Part shown: positions 35,527 through 44,441 of the stretch, piece after piece
Position numbering within the stretch: position 1 is the stretch's first letter
Layout of the letters: each line of letters opens with the position of its first letter
NCBI GenBank assembly: GCA_947372795.1
Contig: CANBVC010000001.1
Location: 1-51,950 of the forward strand
Length of the DNA: 51,950 nt
Direction: 5' to 3'
Source of the DNA: Beijerinckiaceae bacterium
GTDB lineage: Bacteria; Pseudomonadota; Alphaproteobacteria; Rhizobiales; Beijerinckiaceae
Position numbers and translations under genes: made by a program
The notes under the pieces: model-generated
The model's database searches: none
What the model was told of the DNA's origin: nothing
Seen by the model: only the letters and a program-made list of their open reading frames with translations

Positions 35527-36576
35527 ATGGCTGAGGCCAAAAAGGGGAAGAAGAGCGAAACTCCGGTTTTACCCGCTCCGATCATCATCAAGAAGGTGCA
35601 GCCCGAAGAGGGTGGAGGTCACGGCGGCGCTTGGAAGATCGCGCTGGCGGACATGATGACCGCCATGATGGCCTTCTTCCTCTTGATGTGGCTGCTCGGC
35701 GCGACCGCCGAGTCCAAACGCAAGAGCGTCGCCGATTATTTCAAACCAACGCCCAAGAGCCTCGTGCAGATGGGCCAGCTCGCTGGCTCCAATGGCGTGC
35801 TCGGCGGCAGGTCCATTATGGATCCTGAAGGCCTGCCTAGCGCAGCGTCGCAAACCTCCATTCTCGATCTTGAGCCACCGAAAGTTCCGGAAGGTGAAGA
35901 AGGGCAGGGCAAGGGGTCGCAGAACGACGATAAGCAGGGCAAGGGTTCTCAGAACGAAGACAAGGCGGGCAAAGGCAATAGCGACGACAAGGGCGACAAG
36001 TCCGGCGGTAAGGGGGCTGACGGCTCTGACGGCCAGGGCAAGGGTAGTTCTTCGGGCGAGCAGTCCGAAGCGGCAAAGGCCAAGTCCGCCGCTGAACAGG
36101 ATCAGAAGAACTTCGACTCCATCGAACAGGACCTGCGCCAGAAGCTACAGGACAGCAAGTCGCTCGCCGCCTTGCAGGGCCAGGTGCAGTTCATTCGTGA
36201 CAAGGACGGGCTGCGCATCGAGGTCATCGACAAGGCTGACTTCTCCATGTTCGGGCTCGGCACTTCGAAGCTTCTGCCGCGCGCGCAGGCTCTGCTCGAC
36301 GAGATCGCTAAATCCGTCGCCGCCATGCCCAATAAGGTCAAGGTGCGCGGTCATACCGATAGTGTCCCCTTCGCCAATCCAGAACAGAAGAACAACTGGT
36401 TGCTTTCAGCCGAGCGAGCGGATCAGACACGTCAGTTGCTTGAGAAACGCGGCGTTTCGACCGAGCGTTTCGCCAGCATCGAAGGGCTTTCAGACATTGA
36501 GCCGTTCATTCCGGCCGATAAGTCCGACCCGCGTAACAGGCGCATCAGCATCACGCTGAAGTATCAGGGGCAGTAA
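35527..36576 (+). CDS. motB: Stator MotB with low-complexity repeat insert
   Basis: HGGAWKIALADMMTAMMAFF, GHTDSVP, NWLLSAERA, PRNRRISI. Confidence 0.97.
   Translation: MAEAKKGKKSETPVLPAPIIIKKVQPEEGGGHGGAWKIALADMMTAMMAFFLLMWLLGATAESKRKSVADYFKPTPKSLVQMGQLAGSNGVLGGRSIMDPEGLPSAASQTSILDLEPPKVPEGEEGQGKGSQNDDKQGKGSQNEDKAGKGNSDDKGDKSGGKGADGSDGQGKGSSSGEQSEAAKAKSAAEQDQKNFDSIEQDLRQKLQDSKSLAALQGQVQFIRDKDGLRIEVIDKADFSMFGLGTSKLLPRAQALLDEIAKSVAAMPNKVKVRGHTDSVPFANPEQKNNWLLSAERADQTRQLLEKRGVSTERFASIEGLSDIEPFIPADKSDPRNRRISITLKYQGQ
35905..35991 (+). repeat. Degenerate 30-bp tandem repeat inside motB
   Basis: Encodes QGKGSQNDDK / QGKGSQNEDK / AGKGNSDDK. Confidence 0.8.
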
Positions 36577-36894
36577 ATGAGGCGCACTTTCGCACTTATC
36601 TTTTCTGTAGCCATGGCTTTCACTCTGCCCATGGCGCTCCCTATGAGCGCCATGGCCAATGATGCTCCGCCGCCACCGAAGAAGAACGACCCCAATGCGC
36701 CAAAGCCGCCGCCAGCCTCAAGCCTGACGGGCAACGCCATGCCGCATTGCGATGCCGGTTCTTATCCGGCCGGCAATATATGCAGGCCGGCTCGTCCGGG
36801 GTTCTATGCGGGGCCAAGCGCGACCTACCCGACCGCCTGTCCCAATGGCAAGACCTCTGACTTTGGCGCTCGTGGCGTCTCGGAGTGCTATTGA
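36577..36894 (+). CDS. Small secreted Pro/Cys-rich protein
   Basis: ATG abuts the motB stop; signal peptide ending AMA; four Cys in the C-terminal half. Confidence 0.75.
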   Translation: MRRTFALIFSVAMAFTLPMALPMSAMANDAPPPPKKNDPNAPKPPPASSLTGNAMPHCDAGSYPAGNICRPARPGFYAGPSATYPTACPNGKTSDFGARGVSECY

Positions 36895-37583
36895 AGAGTA
36901 AGGCTGATCATACGGGTGGCTTCTACTGGCACATGCGAGCGCTTGTCGCGCGTCAGTCCTTGTGGGCGCCGTTTCGAAATGAAATCGAGAATTGGTTGAC
37001 CGGCTGGTCCCCATCGCACCGCAAGCTTCTTCTTGTTGGGCCGAGCGCTGGTTGGTGCCTGCCCGACAGTTTCTTGAAACGCTTCGATGAGATCGTCGCC
37101 GTCGATATAGATCCTTTGGCGCGGCCGCTATTCAAACTTCTTCATGGGCCAGCCTTGCGGCGCGCAGGCGTTCGCCTTTCATGGTCCCGCGCTGATTTCT
37201 TCGCTGACCCCGCGCATATCATTCAAAGCCACCCGGACGCCGCAGTTTTGTTTTGCAATGTCGCTGGGCAGCGGTGCATCCAGGTGCGCGATTCCGCCGC
37301 TGTAGAAGCCGAGATATCTCGCTTGCGTGGAATAATGACAGGGCGATCCTGGGCGTCCTTCCATGACCTTCTATCGGGGAAGGGGAGCCAAGCCCTTGCA
37401 GCGCGGCGTCTTCCGCAGCGGATGGGCGCGCATGAGTTGCTGTCGTCTTATGGCCTTGGAGGCGAGTGGTTCGACCATCTTACTGGCGAGTTTTTGCCAC
37501 ACGATGCACCGCGCCGAATCCTGCCGTGGCGCTTAAATCGTGATCGACTCCATTTTATCGAGGCCGGATGGATCGAGGGATGA
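36885..37583 (+). CDS. Hypothetical protein, possible SAM-dependent methyltransferase-like fold
   Basis: LLLVGPSAGW...IVAVDIDP resembles motif I/II. Confidence 0.55.
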   Translation: MLLKSKADHTGGFYWHMRALVARQSLWAPFRNEIENWLTGWSPSHRKLLLVGPSAGWCLPDSFLKRFDEIVAVDIDPLARPLFKLLHGPALRRAGVRLSWSRADFFADPAHIIQSHPDAAVLFCNVAGQRCIQVRDSAAVEAEISRLRGIMTGRSWASFHDLLSGKGSQALAARRLPQRMGAHELLSSYGLGGEWFDHLTGEFLPHDAPRRILPWRLNRDRLHFIEAGWIEG

Positions 37584-37626
37584 GCCCTCAGCCGTCAGGC
37601 TTTAAAACGGAGGCGCCGACAAACAT

Positions 37627-37659
37627 AAAGCCCGCCCCGATGAAACGAGGCGGGCTTTT
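37627..37659. terminator. Bidirectional intrinsic terminator
   Basis: AAAGCCCGCC...GGCGGGCTTTT between convergent genes. Confidence 0.75.
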
Positions 37660-37682
37660 CCTGAAAGCGTTTAGCGTTCGCC

Positions 37683-38900
37683 TTACGCAGGCCGCTTGAT
37701 CTCCACCACATTGTGGAGGATCTGGTCAGCTTGGTCGAAGAACCTGCGAACACCGCGCGCGGCTTGGCGGATACGCTGCTCATTTTCGACGATCGCGAGG
37801 CGCACATAGTCGTCGCCGAACTCGCCAAAGCCGATCCCCGGCGCCACAGCGACGTCAGCCTTCTCGATCATAAGCTTGGAGAACTCAAGGCTGCCGAGGT
37901 GGCGGAACTTCTCTGGCACCGGCACCCAGGCGAACATGGTCGCTTCTGGGGCGGGAATGTCCCAGCCCGCTGCGGCGAAGCTTTCCACCAGCACGTCGCG
38001 CCGCTTTTTATAAATGGAGCGCATCTCGATGATGCAATCTTCCGGGCCATTCAGCGCAGCCGCAGCCGCAACCTGAATGGGCGTATAGGCGCCGTAATCA
38101 AGATAGGACTTCACGCGCGCAAGGGCGGCCAGAAGGCGCTCATTGCCCACCGCAAAACCCATGCGCCAGCCCGCCATGGAGAAGGTCTTCGACATGGAGG
38201 TGAACTCCACCGTCACATCATTGGCGCCAGGGATCTGGAGCACTGAGGGCGGTGGGTTGTCGTCGAAATAGACTTCGGCATAGGCGAGGTCGGAGAGGAT
38301 GAAGAGCTCGTGCTTCTTCGCGAAAGCGACGAGGTCCTTGTAGAAGTCGAGGCCGGCCACGCAGGCGGTGGGGTTCGACGGATAGCAAGTCACGACAGCG
38401 ATAGGCTTGGGGATCGAATGGATCACCGCCCGCTCAAGCTGGGTGAAGAAGTCCGGCGTCGGATCGGCGTTGACCGAGCGGATGACGCCACCCGCCATGA
38501 GGAAGCCGAAGGCGTGGATGGGGTAGGAGGGGTTCGGCACGACCACGACATCGCCGGGGGCGGTGATGGCCTGCGCCATGTTTGCGAAGCCTTCCTTGGA
38601 GCCCAGCGTCGCCACAACCTGCGTGTCGGGGTTGAGCTTCACGCCAAAGCGGCGCTCGTAATAGCTTGCCTGGGCGCGGCGCAGGCCAACGATGCCCTTG
38701 GAAGCTGAATAGCGGTCAGTGCGGGGCTTGCCCGCCGTCTCAACCAGCTTCTCGATCACATGACGGGGCGCGGGTAGATCCGGGTTGCCCATGCCAAGGT
38801 CGATGATGTCTGCCCCATTGGCCCGCGCCAGAGCCTTCAGGCGGTTCACCTGTTCGAAAACATAGGGCGGCAGACGCTTGACGCGATGGAAGTCGCTCAT
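37683..38900 (-). CDS. PLP aminotransferase class I/II (AlaC / LL-DAP aminotransferase-like)
   Basis: RLPPYVF, DLGMGNPD, YPSNPT, SDLAY, SMSKTFSMAGWRMG. Confidence 0.93.
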   Translation of the reverse strand: MSDFHRVKRLPPYVFEQVNRLKALARANGADIIDLGMGNPDLPAPRHVIEKLVETAGKPRTDRYSASKGIVGLRRAQASYYERRFGVKLNPDTQVVATLGSKEGFANMAQAITAPGDVVVVPNPSYPIHAFGFLMAGGVIRSVNADPTPDFFTQLERAVIHSIPKPIAVVTCYPSNPTACVAGLDFYKDLVAFAKKHELFILSDLAYAEVYFDDNPPPSVLQIPGANDVTVEFTSMSKTFSMAGWRMGFAVGNERLLAALARVKSYLDYGAYTPIQVAAAAALNGPEDCIIEMRSIYKKRRDVLVESFAAAGWDIPAPEATMFAWVPVPEKFRHLGSLEFSKLMIEKADVAVAPGIGFGEFGDDYVRLAIVENEQRIRQAARGVRRFFDQADQILHNVVEIKRPA

Positions 38901-38990
38901 CGATTCATCCTCGAAAACTACGCCGGGTTTAACTGATCGAGGCCGGGGCGCCAACCTCAGGGATTATCGATCAGTTTACTCCGCAGGCTC

Positions 38991-39440
38991 TTAACGGAGC
39001 GTTGGGATTACGAGCTTCACGGGCTGCGGTTCGACCGTGGGCCTTGGCTGCGTCTTCTTCGGCGGGGCCGGCGCGCGCAGCGGCTTGTAGGTCGCCTTGA
39101 CGGATCGGCGCTCGCCCGCCTTGTCATGCGAGGCGTGCAATGCGTCGAGCTCGTGCTCCTTCGCCTTCAACTCTTCGGTGGTCAAAAGTTTTCCCTGGGG
39201 CTCCGGCCGTTTGCTGTGGACGGGTACGTAGTTCAGCTCGGCCGGGCGACTGTCGCGAACGAAGTTGGCGGAATCGACTGGCTTGGAACGCTGTCCTACC
39301 TGACGAGCGAGGGAATCCAGCGGACCGTCTTGCGCGGCGGCGGTCTGGGCGCTTGCGGTCGCGTGGGCTTGTGCCAGCGCCAGAATGGCCAGCAGCGCAG
39401 CGAGAGCGAAGGATTTGGGGCGAGACATGCGTGAACTCAT
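38991..39440 (-). CDS. Hypothetical secreted protein
   Basis: Signal peptide FALAALLAILALAQAHA; high-GC3 coding style only in this part of the longer ORF. Confidence 0.7.
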   Translation of the reverse strand: MSSRMSRPKSFALAALLAILALAQAHATASAQTAAAQDGPLDSLARQVGQRSKPVDSANFVRDSRPAELNYVPVHSKRPEPQGKLLTTEELKAKEHELDALHASHDKAGERRSVKATYKPLRAPAPPKKTQPRPTVEPQPVKLVIPTLR

Positions 39441-39623
39441 CCATTCTCTCTTCCGCCCTACTGAGGCGATATCATGGCGCGCGTCGGCCCACTGGCCCAG
39501 CCGCCGCCTTTCGGCGGTTGTGCTGCGGACCCTAAAATCCCCGGTGTCGGAAATCCACCCAAAAGCGACGCTAGCCCTTCCCACGAGTGACGGAAGCCTG
39601 ACAGAGGCTGGAATCTGCCTAAA

Positions 39624-39649
39624 TTTATTCATGCTTAACAGTTGATTAG
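39624..39649. promoter_or_regulatory. Tandem CtrA-like boxes
   Basis: TTTA-N7-TTAA-N7-TTAG. Confidence 0.45.
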
Positions 39650-39722
39650 GGAATTGTGCAGGCTTGGCCCCGGACTTGCTCCCCCTCGAATCAGCCCTTG
39701 CGGGCGGCGGGAATGGAGGTAG

Positions 39723-39950
39723 ATGGTGAACGGGTTGAAGGCCTTTCTTTTCGGTTCCATCGAAAAAATCGTCATTCATTGCGCCCCCGGGCGCATTGAG
39801 GAGACGATAACGAGGCATATCCAGCCCGCGTTCAGCGCCTCCATCCCGGTGTCCGTCGAGGGCGCCAAACTGGGCGTCGAATATATGCAGGTCCATTATT
39901 CCGCTGGCCTGCTGCGCTGCGCCCATGCAGATGTGATGGTGTTGGGTTGA
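39723..39950 (+). CDS. Hypothetical 75-aa protein
   Basis: Strong GGAGGT RBS upstream. Confidence 0.45.
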   Translation: MVNGLKAFLFGSIEKIVIHCAPGRIEETITRHIQPAFSASIPVSVEGAKLGVEYMQVHYSAGLLRCAHADVMVLG

Positions 39951-40059
39951 GCGGAAAAGCCCGTGCCGCCATGGCTGCGGGTTGCCAGTTGATCTGATCT
40001 TATGGCATTGTTTGAGTATCAGCTCGCCGCGTATTGGCGGGTCAGTCAGGTTGCGTTCC

Positions 40060-40458
40060 ATGCTTGCGTCGAATTCGGAAAACCTTCCGGCGATCGTTCC
40101 CGGCCTAGGCGATGAGTCTCGGGCGTCCATCTGGACTCCGCAGGCGGAGCAGGAGTTCGAGCAAGAACCGCCAATCGAAATCGTCATCGATTCCCGGCAG
40201 CTCAAGGAACGCATCATTGACTATCTCGGCGCTGTTTTGGCGCGCTGCTGGATCGACCGCAGTCTGCTTGGCCATATCGAGAGCAATCCCCATCGCGCGC
40301 TTCGCAGCCTCGGGATCCTCCTTCCCGACGAGATCGACATCAAGGTCGAGCGGCTCAACAAGGAACGCCCTCGGTTGGTGATCTTTGAATATAATCAGGA
40401 GCGTACCTATCGCCGCCGCATCTGCTACCTGCAGCTCATCATGATGGCTGGCAAATAG
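40060..40458 (+). CDS. Protein with NHLP-leader / nitrile hydratase-like motif
   Basis: VLARCWIDRSLLGHIESNPHRALRSLGILLPDEIDIKVE. Confidence 0.6.
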   Translation: MLASNSENLPAIVPGLGDESRASIWTPQAEQEFEQEPPIEIVIDSRQLKERIIDYLGAVLARCWIDRSLLGHIESNPHRALRSLGILLPDEIDIKVERLNKERPRLVIFEYNQERTYRRRICYLQLIMMAGK

Positions 40459-40500
40459 GGTAGGCGGGCGCTGATGGAGCGCCCGGCCTGATTGTGGAGA

Positions 40501-41562
40501 TCAGCTCAGGGTCGCAAGGTCCAGGACGAAGCGATACTTCACATCGCTGCGCTGCATGCGCACATAGGCTTCGTTGATCGCCGCGACCTCGATGACTTCA
40601 ACATCCGCGGTAATGTTATGAACCCCCGCGAAATCAAGCATTTCCTGCGTTTCCTTGAGCCCGCCGATCAGTGAGCCCGCCACATTGCGGCGACCCATGA
40701 TCAGGGGCGCGGTGTTCAAGGCTGCTATCGGACCGATCGCGCCCACGATGCACATGGTCGAGTCCCGCTTCAAGAGCGTCATATAGACGTTGAAGTCGTG
40801 GGGAACGGGGATCGTGTTCAGCAGGAAATCGAATTTGCTGGCCCATGCGGCCATGGCCTGCGCATCTGTTGAGACCAGCACCTCATCAGCGCCAAGCCTG
40901 CGCGCGTCCTCGCCCTTCTGCGGCGAGGTAGTGATCATGACCACGCGTGCGCCGAGGGCATGGGCGAATTTGACGCCCATGTGGCCGAGGCCCCCCAGGC
41001 CGATCACGCCGACCGTCATACCCGGCCCGACTTTCCAGTGAGTCAGTGGCGAATAGGTCGTGATGCCCGCGCAAAGCAACGGAGAAGCCGCGGCCGGATC
41101 GAGGTTCTCCGGCACCATGACGACATAGTTGCGGTCGACCACGATTTGCTTCGAATAGCCGCCGAAGGTCAGTTCGCCCGGATCCTTGGTGGGGCTGCTG
41201 TAGGTCAGGGTGAAGCCCTTGGCGCAATATTGCTCAAGATGGTCTTCGCAGGCCTCGCATTGGCGACAGCTATCGACGAGGCAGCCGACGCCCACCCGCT
41301 TGCCGACGGCAAGATCGCTCACCTCCGCGCCCGTCGAGACCACTCGCCCGATGATCTCGTGACCGGGAACCATGGGAAAAGCCGACATTCCCCAGTCGTT
41401 ATTGGCCATGTGCAGATCGGAATGGCAGACGCCGCAGTAGTCGATTTCGATCAGCACATCGCGCGGCCCGACGGGGCGCCGCTCGATCTTGACGGGTCCA
41501 AGACGGGCGCCGGCGGCGGCGGCGGAAAAAGCTGAGATGGGTTTGGTTGAAGAAATGTTCAT
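40501..41562 (-). CDS. Zn-dependent NAD(P) alcohol dehydrogenase (CAD/YahK family)
   Basis: YCGVCHSDLH, VPGHEIIG, structural Zn Cys, GLGGLGHMGVK, YRFVLD. Confidence 0.96.
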   Translation of the reverse strand: MNISSTKPISAFSAAAAGARLGPVKIERRPVGPRDVLIEIDYCGVCHSDLHMANNDWGMSAFPMVPGHEIIGRVVSTGAEVSDLAVGKRVGVGCLVDSCRQCEACEDHLEQYCAKGFTLTYSSPTKDPGELTFGGYSKQIVVDRNYVVMVPENLDPAAASPLLCAGITTYSPLTHWKVGPGMTVGVIGLGGLGHMGVKFAHALGARVVMITTSPQKGEDARRLGADEVLVSTDAQAMAAWASKFDFLLNTIPVPHDFNVYMTLLKRDSTMCIVGAIGPIAALNTAPLIMGRRNVAGSLIGGLKETQEMLDFAGVHNITADVEVIEVAAINEAYVRMQRSDVKYRFVLDLATLS

Positions 41563-41752
41563 ATCGTCTCCGGGGAAAGGGGGCTGGTGATTAAAATCAG
41601 TCGCAAAAGCGAAGATCATTGGAATGGGGTACGTGGGGTGGCTTGCAGGGTCAAGTTGCGTTTCCAGGGGCCAGTGGACGCGAGGTCGGACTTCTGGTCT
41701 TATAGGGCCTTATCGCGTCGCAAGGCGTTCAAACGGTTACAAGGGATCGGAA

Positions 41753-42814
41753 ATGCGAGGGATTGGGTCTGCCTGGTTACATCGAATCGGTCTGGCGGCT
41801 GCAACTTGCGCTTCCGCCCTGTGCGGCCTGGGGCAGGCGAGCGCTGATGATGCGGCGGTCGCGGCCTTCTACAAAGGCAAGACAGTCACCATTCTGGTCG
41901 GCTCTTCCGCTGGCGGCGGTTACGACACCTATGCTCGCCTCATCGCCCGGCACATGAGCAAGCATATGCTTGGCAATCCCACGGTGATCGTTTCGAATAT
42001 GCCGGGCGCGGGCAGCAATGTGGCTGCTAACTATATCTATAACGCCGCCGCCAAGGACGGCACAATGATCGGCGCCCTTTACGGCGGCTCGCCCATCGAG
42101 CCGCTGATCGGGACGACCCCTGTTCAGCACGACCCATCGAAATCGCAGTTCCTCGGCAGCGCGAACAACGATGTCTATATTTGCGCTGCGCGCAAGGATG
42201 CTCCTGCCCAATCCATTGAGGATGTCTTCAAGACGGAACTGCTCGCGGGGGCCAGCAACGCCAGTTCCACCGCCGACTTTCCCGCCCTCTTGAACGCCGT
42301 GCTTGGCACGAAATTCAAGCTTGTCCTTGGTTATCCCGGCAGTCGCGAAATTGGCCTTGCGATCGACAAAGGCGAGGTTGTGTCGGTTTGCGGTCTCGCC
42401 TGGCCTTCGGCTTCAGTGACCAATCCGGGCTGGTTCGGCGAGAATGGGACCATGCGCGTCATCTTGCAGACTCATCCCAAGGGCCACGCGGACTTGAACG
42501 CCATGGGCGTGCCCAACGCCCTGAGCCTCGCGAAGACGGATGAGCAACGCGAGTTGCTCGAGTTGTTCTTCTCCCAGGAGGTTTTCGGGCGCCCTTATGT
42601 GGTCGCGCCTGAGGTTCCCAAGGATCGGGTCGAAGCCTTGCGCAAGGCCTTCTGGGCCACGCTCAAGGATCCTGAGCTTCTGGCGGACGCCAAGAAAGCC
42701 AATATCGAAGTCGATCCCGTTTCGGCTGAAGAGGTCCAGAAGCTGATCGCCAAGGTTTACGCCGCGCCGCGTGAGCTGACCCAGAAAATCAAGAAGGCCA
42801 TCCAGTTGAACTAA
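41753..42814 (+). CDS. Bug/TctC tripartite tricarboxylate transporter substrate-binding protein
   Basis: VGSSAGGGYDTYAR, NMPGAGS, GYPGS; signal peptide. Confidence 0.92.
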   Translation: MRGIGSAWLHRIGLAAATCASALCGLGQASADDAAVAAFYKGKTVTILVGSSAGGGYDTYARLIARHMSKHMLGNPTVIVSNMPGAGSNVAANYIYNAAAKDGTMIGALYGGSPIEPLIGTTPVQHDPSKSQFLGSANNDVYICAARKDAPAQSIEDVFKTELLAGASNASSTADFPALLNAVLGTKFKLVLGYPGSREIGLAIDKGEVVSVCGLAWPSASVTNPGWFGENGTMRVILQTHPKGHADLNAMGVPNALSLAKTDEQRELLELFFSQEVFGRPYVVAPEVPKDRVEALRKAFWATLKDPELLADAKKANIEVDPVSAEEVQKLIAKVYAAPRELTQKIKKAIQLN

Positions 42815-43057
42815 AACGGACATTCTGTGCGGCTGGCGCCTGTTTGCATCGCCGCGCTTCTGGCCTGCGCGCCCCGGATCGCCGGGGCGCTGGACTGCGT
42901 CCACCCGTCAGAGAATTAGCCAAGTCGCGAAATAATTATCTGCCCTGACAACATAAGCTTTGCTAATAATTTTCATTGATGTTGAACTAGCGATTATGGA
43001 CGCGATCCGGCCCCGATTAGGTAGCCGGTCCATCAATTAATTTTCGGAAAGCACCTT

Positions 43058-44020
43058 ATGTTGCGCACGGTCTTCATCATCCTGTTTCTGGCGACGCTGG
43101 CGCCTTATGTCGCGCCTCGGTTCACGGAATCTGTCGCTTTTTTCCCTTTGGGAGCCCAGTTGTCCTATCTTATCGGGGTAGCGCCTAAATTGCTGGTCCT
43201 GTTTCTCCTGGGCGTGCTGTTCATCAGGTTGCTGGCTATCCGCTGGTATTTGTCCATCTTGCTTGGCGCTAGCGTAGCGGTCGTCATCGCGGTCCTTCCG
43301 TCTTTGTTCAACAGGGTCGTGGACCGGCGCGCAGCGAACCTGGCTGCAGGCGATCAGCGCCAGTTTGCGCCTCCCCCGCAGACGGGCGCACTCGCCGTGC
43401 TCCGTATGCAAGAGCCAAGGTGCGACGAGCTTTGCCAGAGGCTTTTGCTGAACAATCAGGTGTCTCGCTTCCTGTCGGTAAGCGTAAGCGATCCTGTGGT
43501 TACGCTCACCTCGCGCATTGCAGCGACCTCGTTCAAAATGGAGCGCCGCGCGTCGTGTCCCGCGGTAGATCTTGATCGCGACCGCGCTGAGGTTCAACTG
43601 GTCGATGACAGTGCAGACAAGGGCGGCTCGCCGGCCGAACGCATGCGGCTCGCCATAGCGGGCGGGCGGTGCCTGATCGCAGAGAAAGCGACGCTCGGGG
43701 ATGCTGACGTCGCTCTGTTTCACAGGAATGTGTTCAATACGCAGTCCTCGATCATCGCGACGATGTTTGGCGTCGATGACGATGTGGTGCGAGGCGAACG
43801 CTTATCTATGTACCAGCGCGACGGAGACAACTTCCGTGAAACCTATCGTCGGACGATCGTCCGAGGCGAGAAGCTTGCGAGCATATCTTCATGGATTTCG
43901 AATTTCAGCCTCGCCACATTCATGCGACGCTACACTCAGTATTACTATGATGGGCCGGGATGGACGCCTTTCCTGACCTCAATGCTCGGATTTGAGTTGC
44001 CCTCCAGCGCGAAGACCTGA
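43058..44020 (+). CDS. Hypothetical membrane protein with Cys-containing periplasmic domain
   Basis: Three N-terminal TMs, CDELCQRLL. Confidence 0.7.
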   Translation: MLRTVFIILFLATLAPYVAPRFTESVAFFPLGAQLSYLIGVAPKLLVLFLLGVLFIRLLAIRWYLSILLGASVAVVIAVLPSLFNRVVDRRAANLAAGDQRQFAPPPQTGALAVLRMQEPRCDELCQRLLLNNQVSRFLSVSVSDPVVTLTSRIAATSFKMERRASCPAVDLDRDRAEVQLVDDSADKGGSPAERMRLAIAGGRCLIAEKATLGDADVALFHRNVFNTQSSIIATMFGVDDDVVRGERLSMYQRDGDNFRETYRRTIVRGEKLASISSWISNFSLATFMRRYTQYYYDGPGWTPFLTSMLGFELPSSAKT

Positions 44021-44093
44021 AGAAGGCTATCCTTGCCCGGTTCGAGGGGAGCGATTAGCTTTCATCCGAATCGGCCGTCGCTGTGAGGGACTC

Positions 44094-44303
44094 GTGATCG
44101 ACCGCGCCATCAAAGGGCTGTTCTTGTGCCTCGGGGGCCTGCTCATTTTCCTTGTTGTGCATCTGCTCACGAGTGAGGGTGGAGACGTCGGCCGTTCCGC
44201 GATTGCGCCGATCTCGCCGGTGGAGCGGGAGCCGGGCATGACGGATGCAGGCGCCAATGATATCGCCACCAAACGGGTCAAGACGATCTCAGTGCGCCCT
44301 TGA
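44094..44303 (+). CDS. Small membrane-anchored hypothetical protein
   Basis: GTG after GAGGGA; one TM. Confidence 0.45.
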   Translation: MIDRAIKGLFLCLGGLLIFLVVHLLTSEGGDVGRSAIAPISPVEREPGMTDAGANDIATKRVKTISVRP

Positions 44304-44441
44304 GACTTGTCCACCGCGTCCCAAAAGCCCTGATGCGCCTGATTTCGGGCGAGTAGTGCCGGGACTTGGCTCAGCTTCCTTGATCGTCGCGAGCAAATCA
44401 GGCACAAGGCCAGCCAGTCTTCACCCTCGTACAGAGGCACC

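Noticed and set aside
39441-40217. 5' part of the 408-aa minus ORF
   Set aside because: Non-protein-like, overlaps plus-strand ORFs and a promoter region; only the signal-peptide-bearing 3' part is credible
40060-42814. RiPP biosynthetic cluster
   Set aside because: No modifying enzyme, peptidase transporter or core peptide in the window
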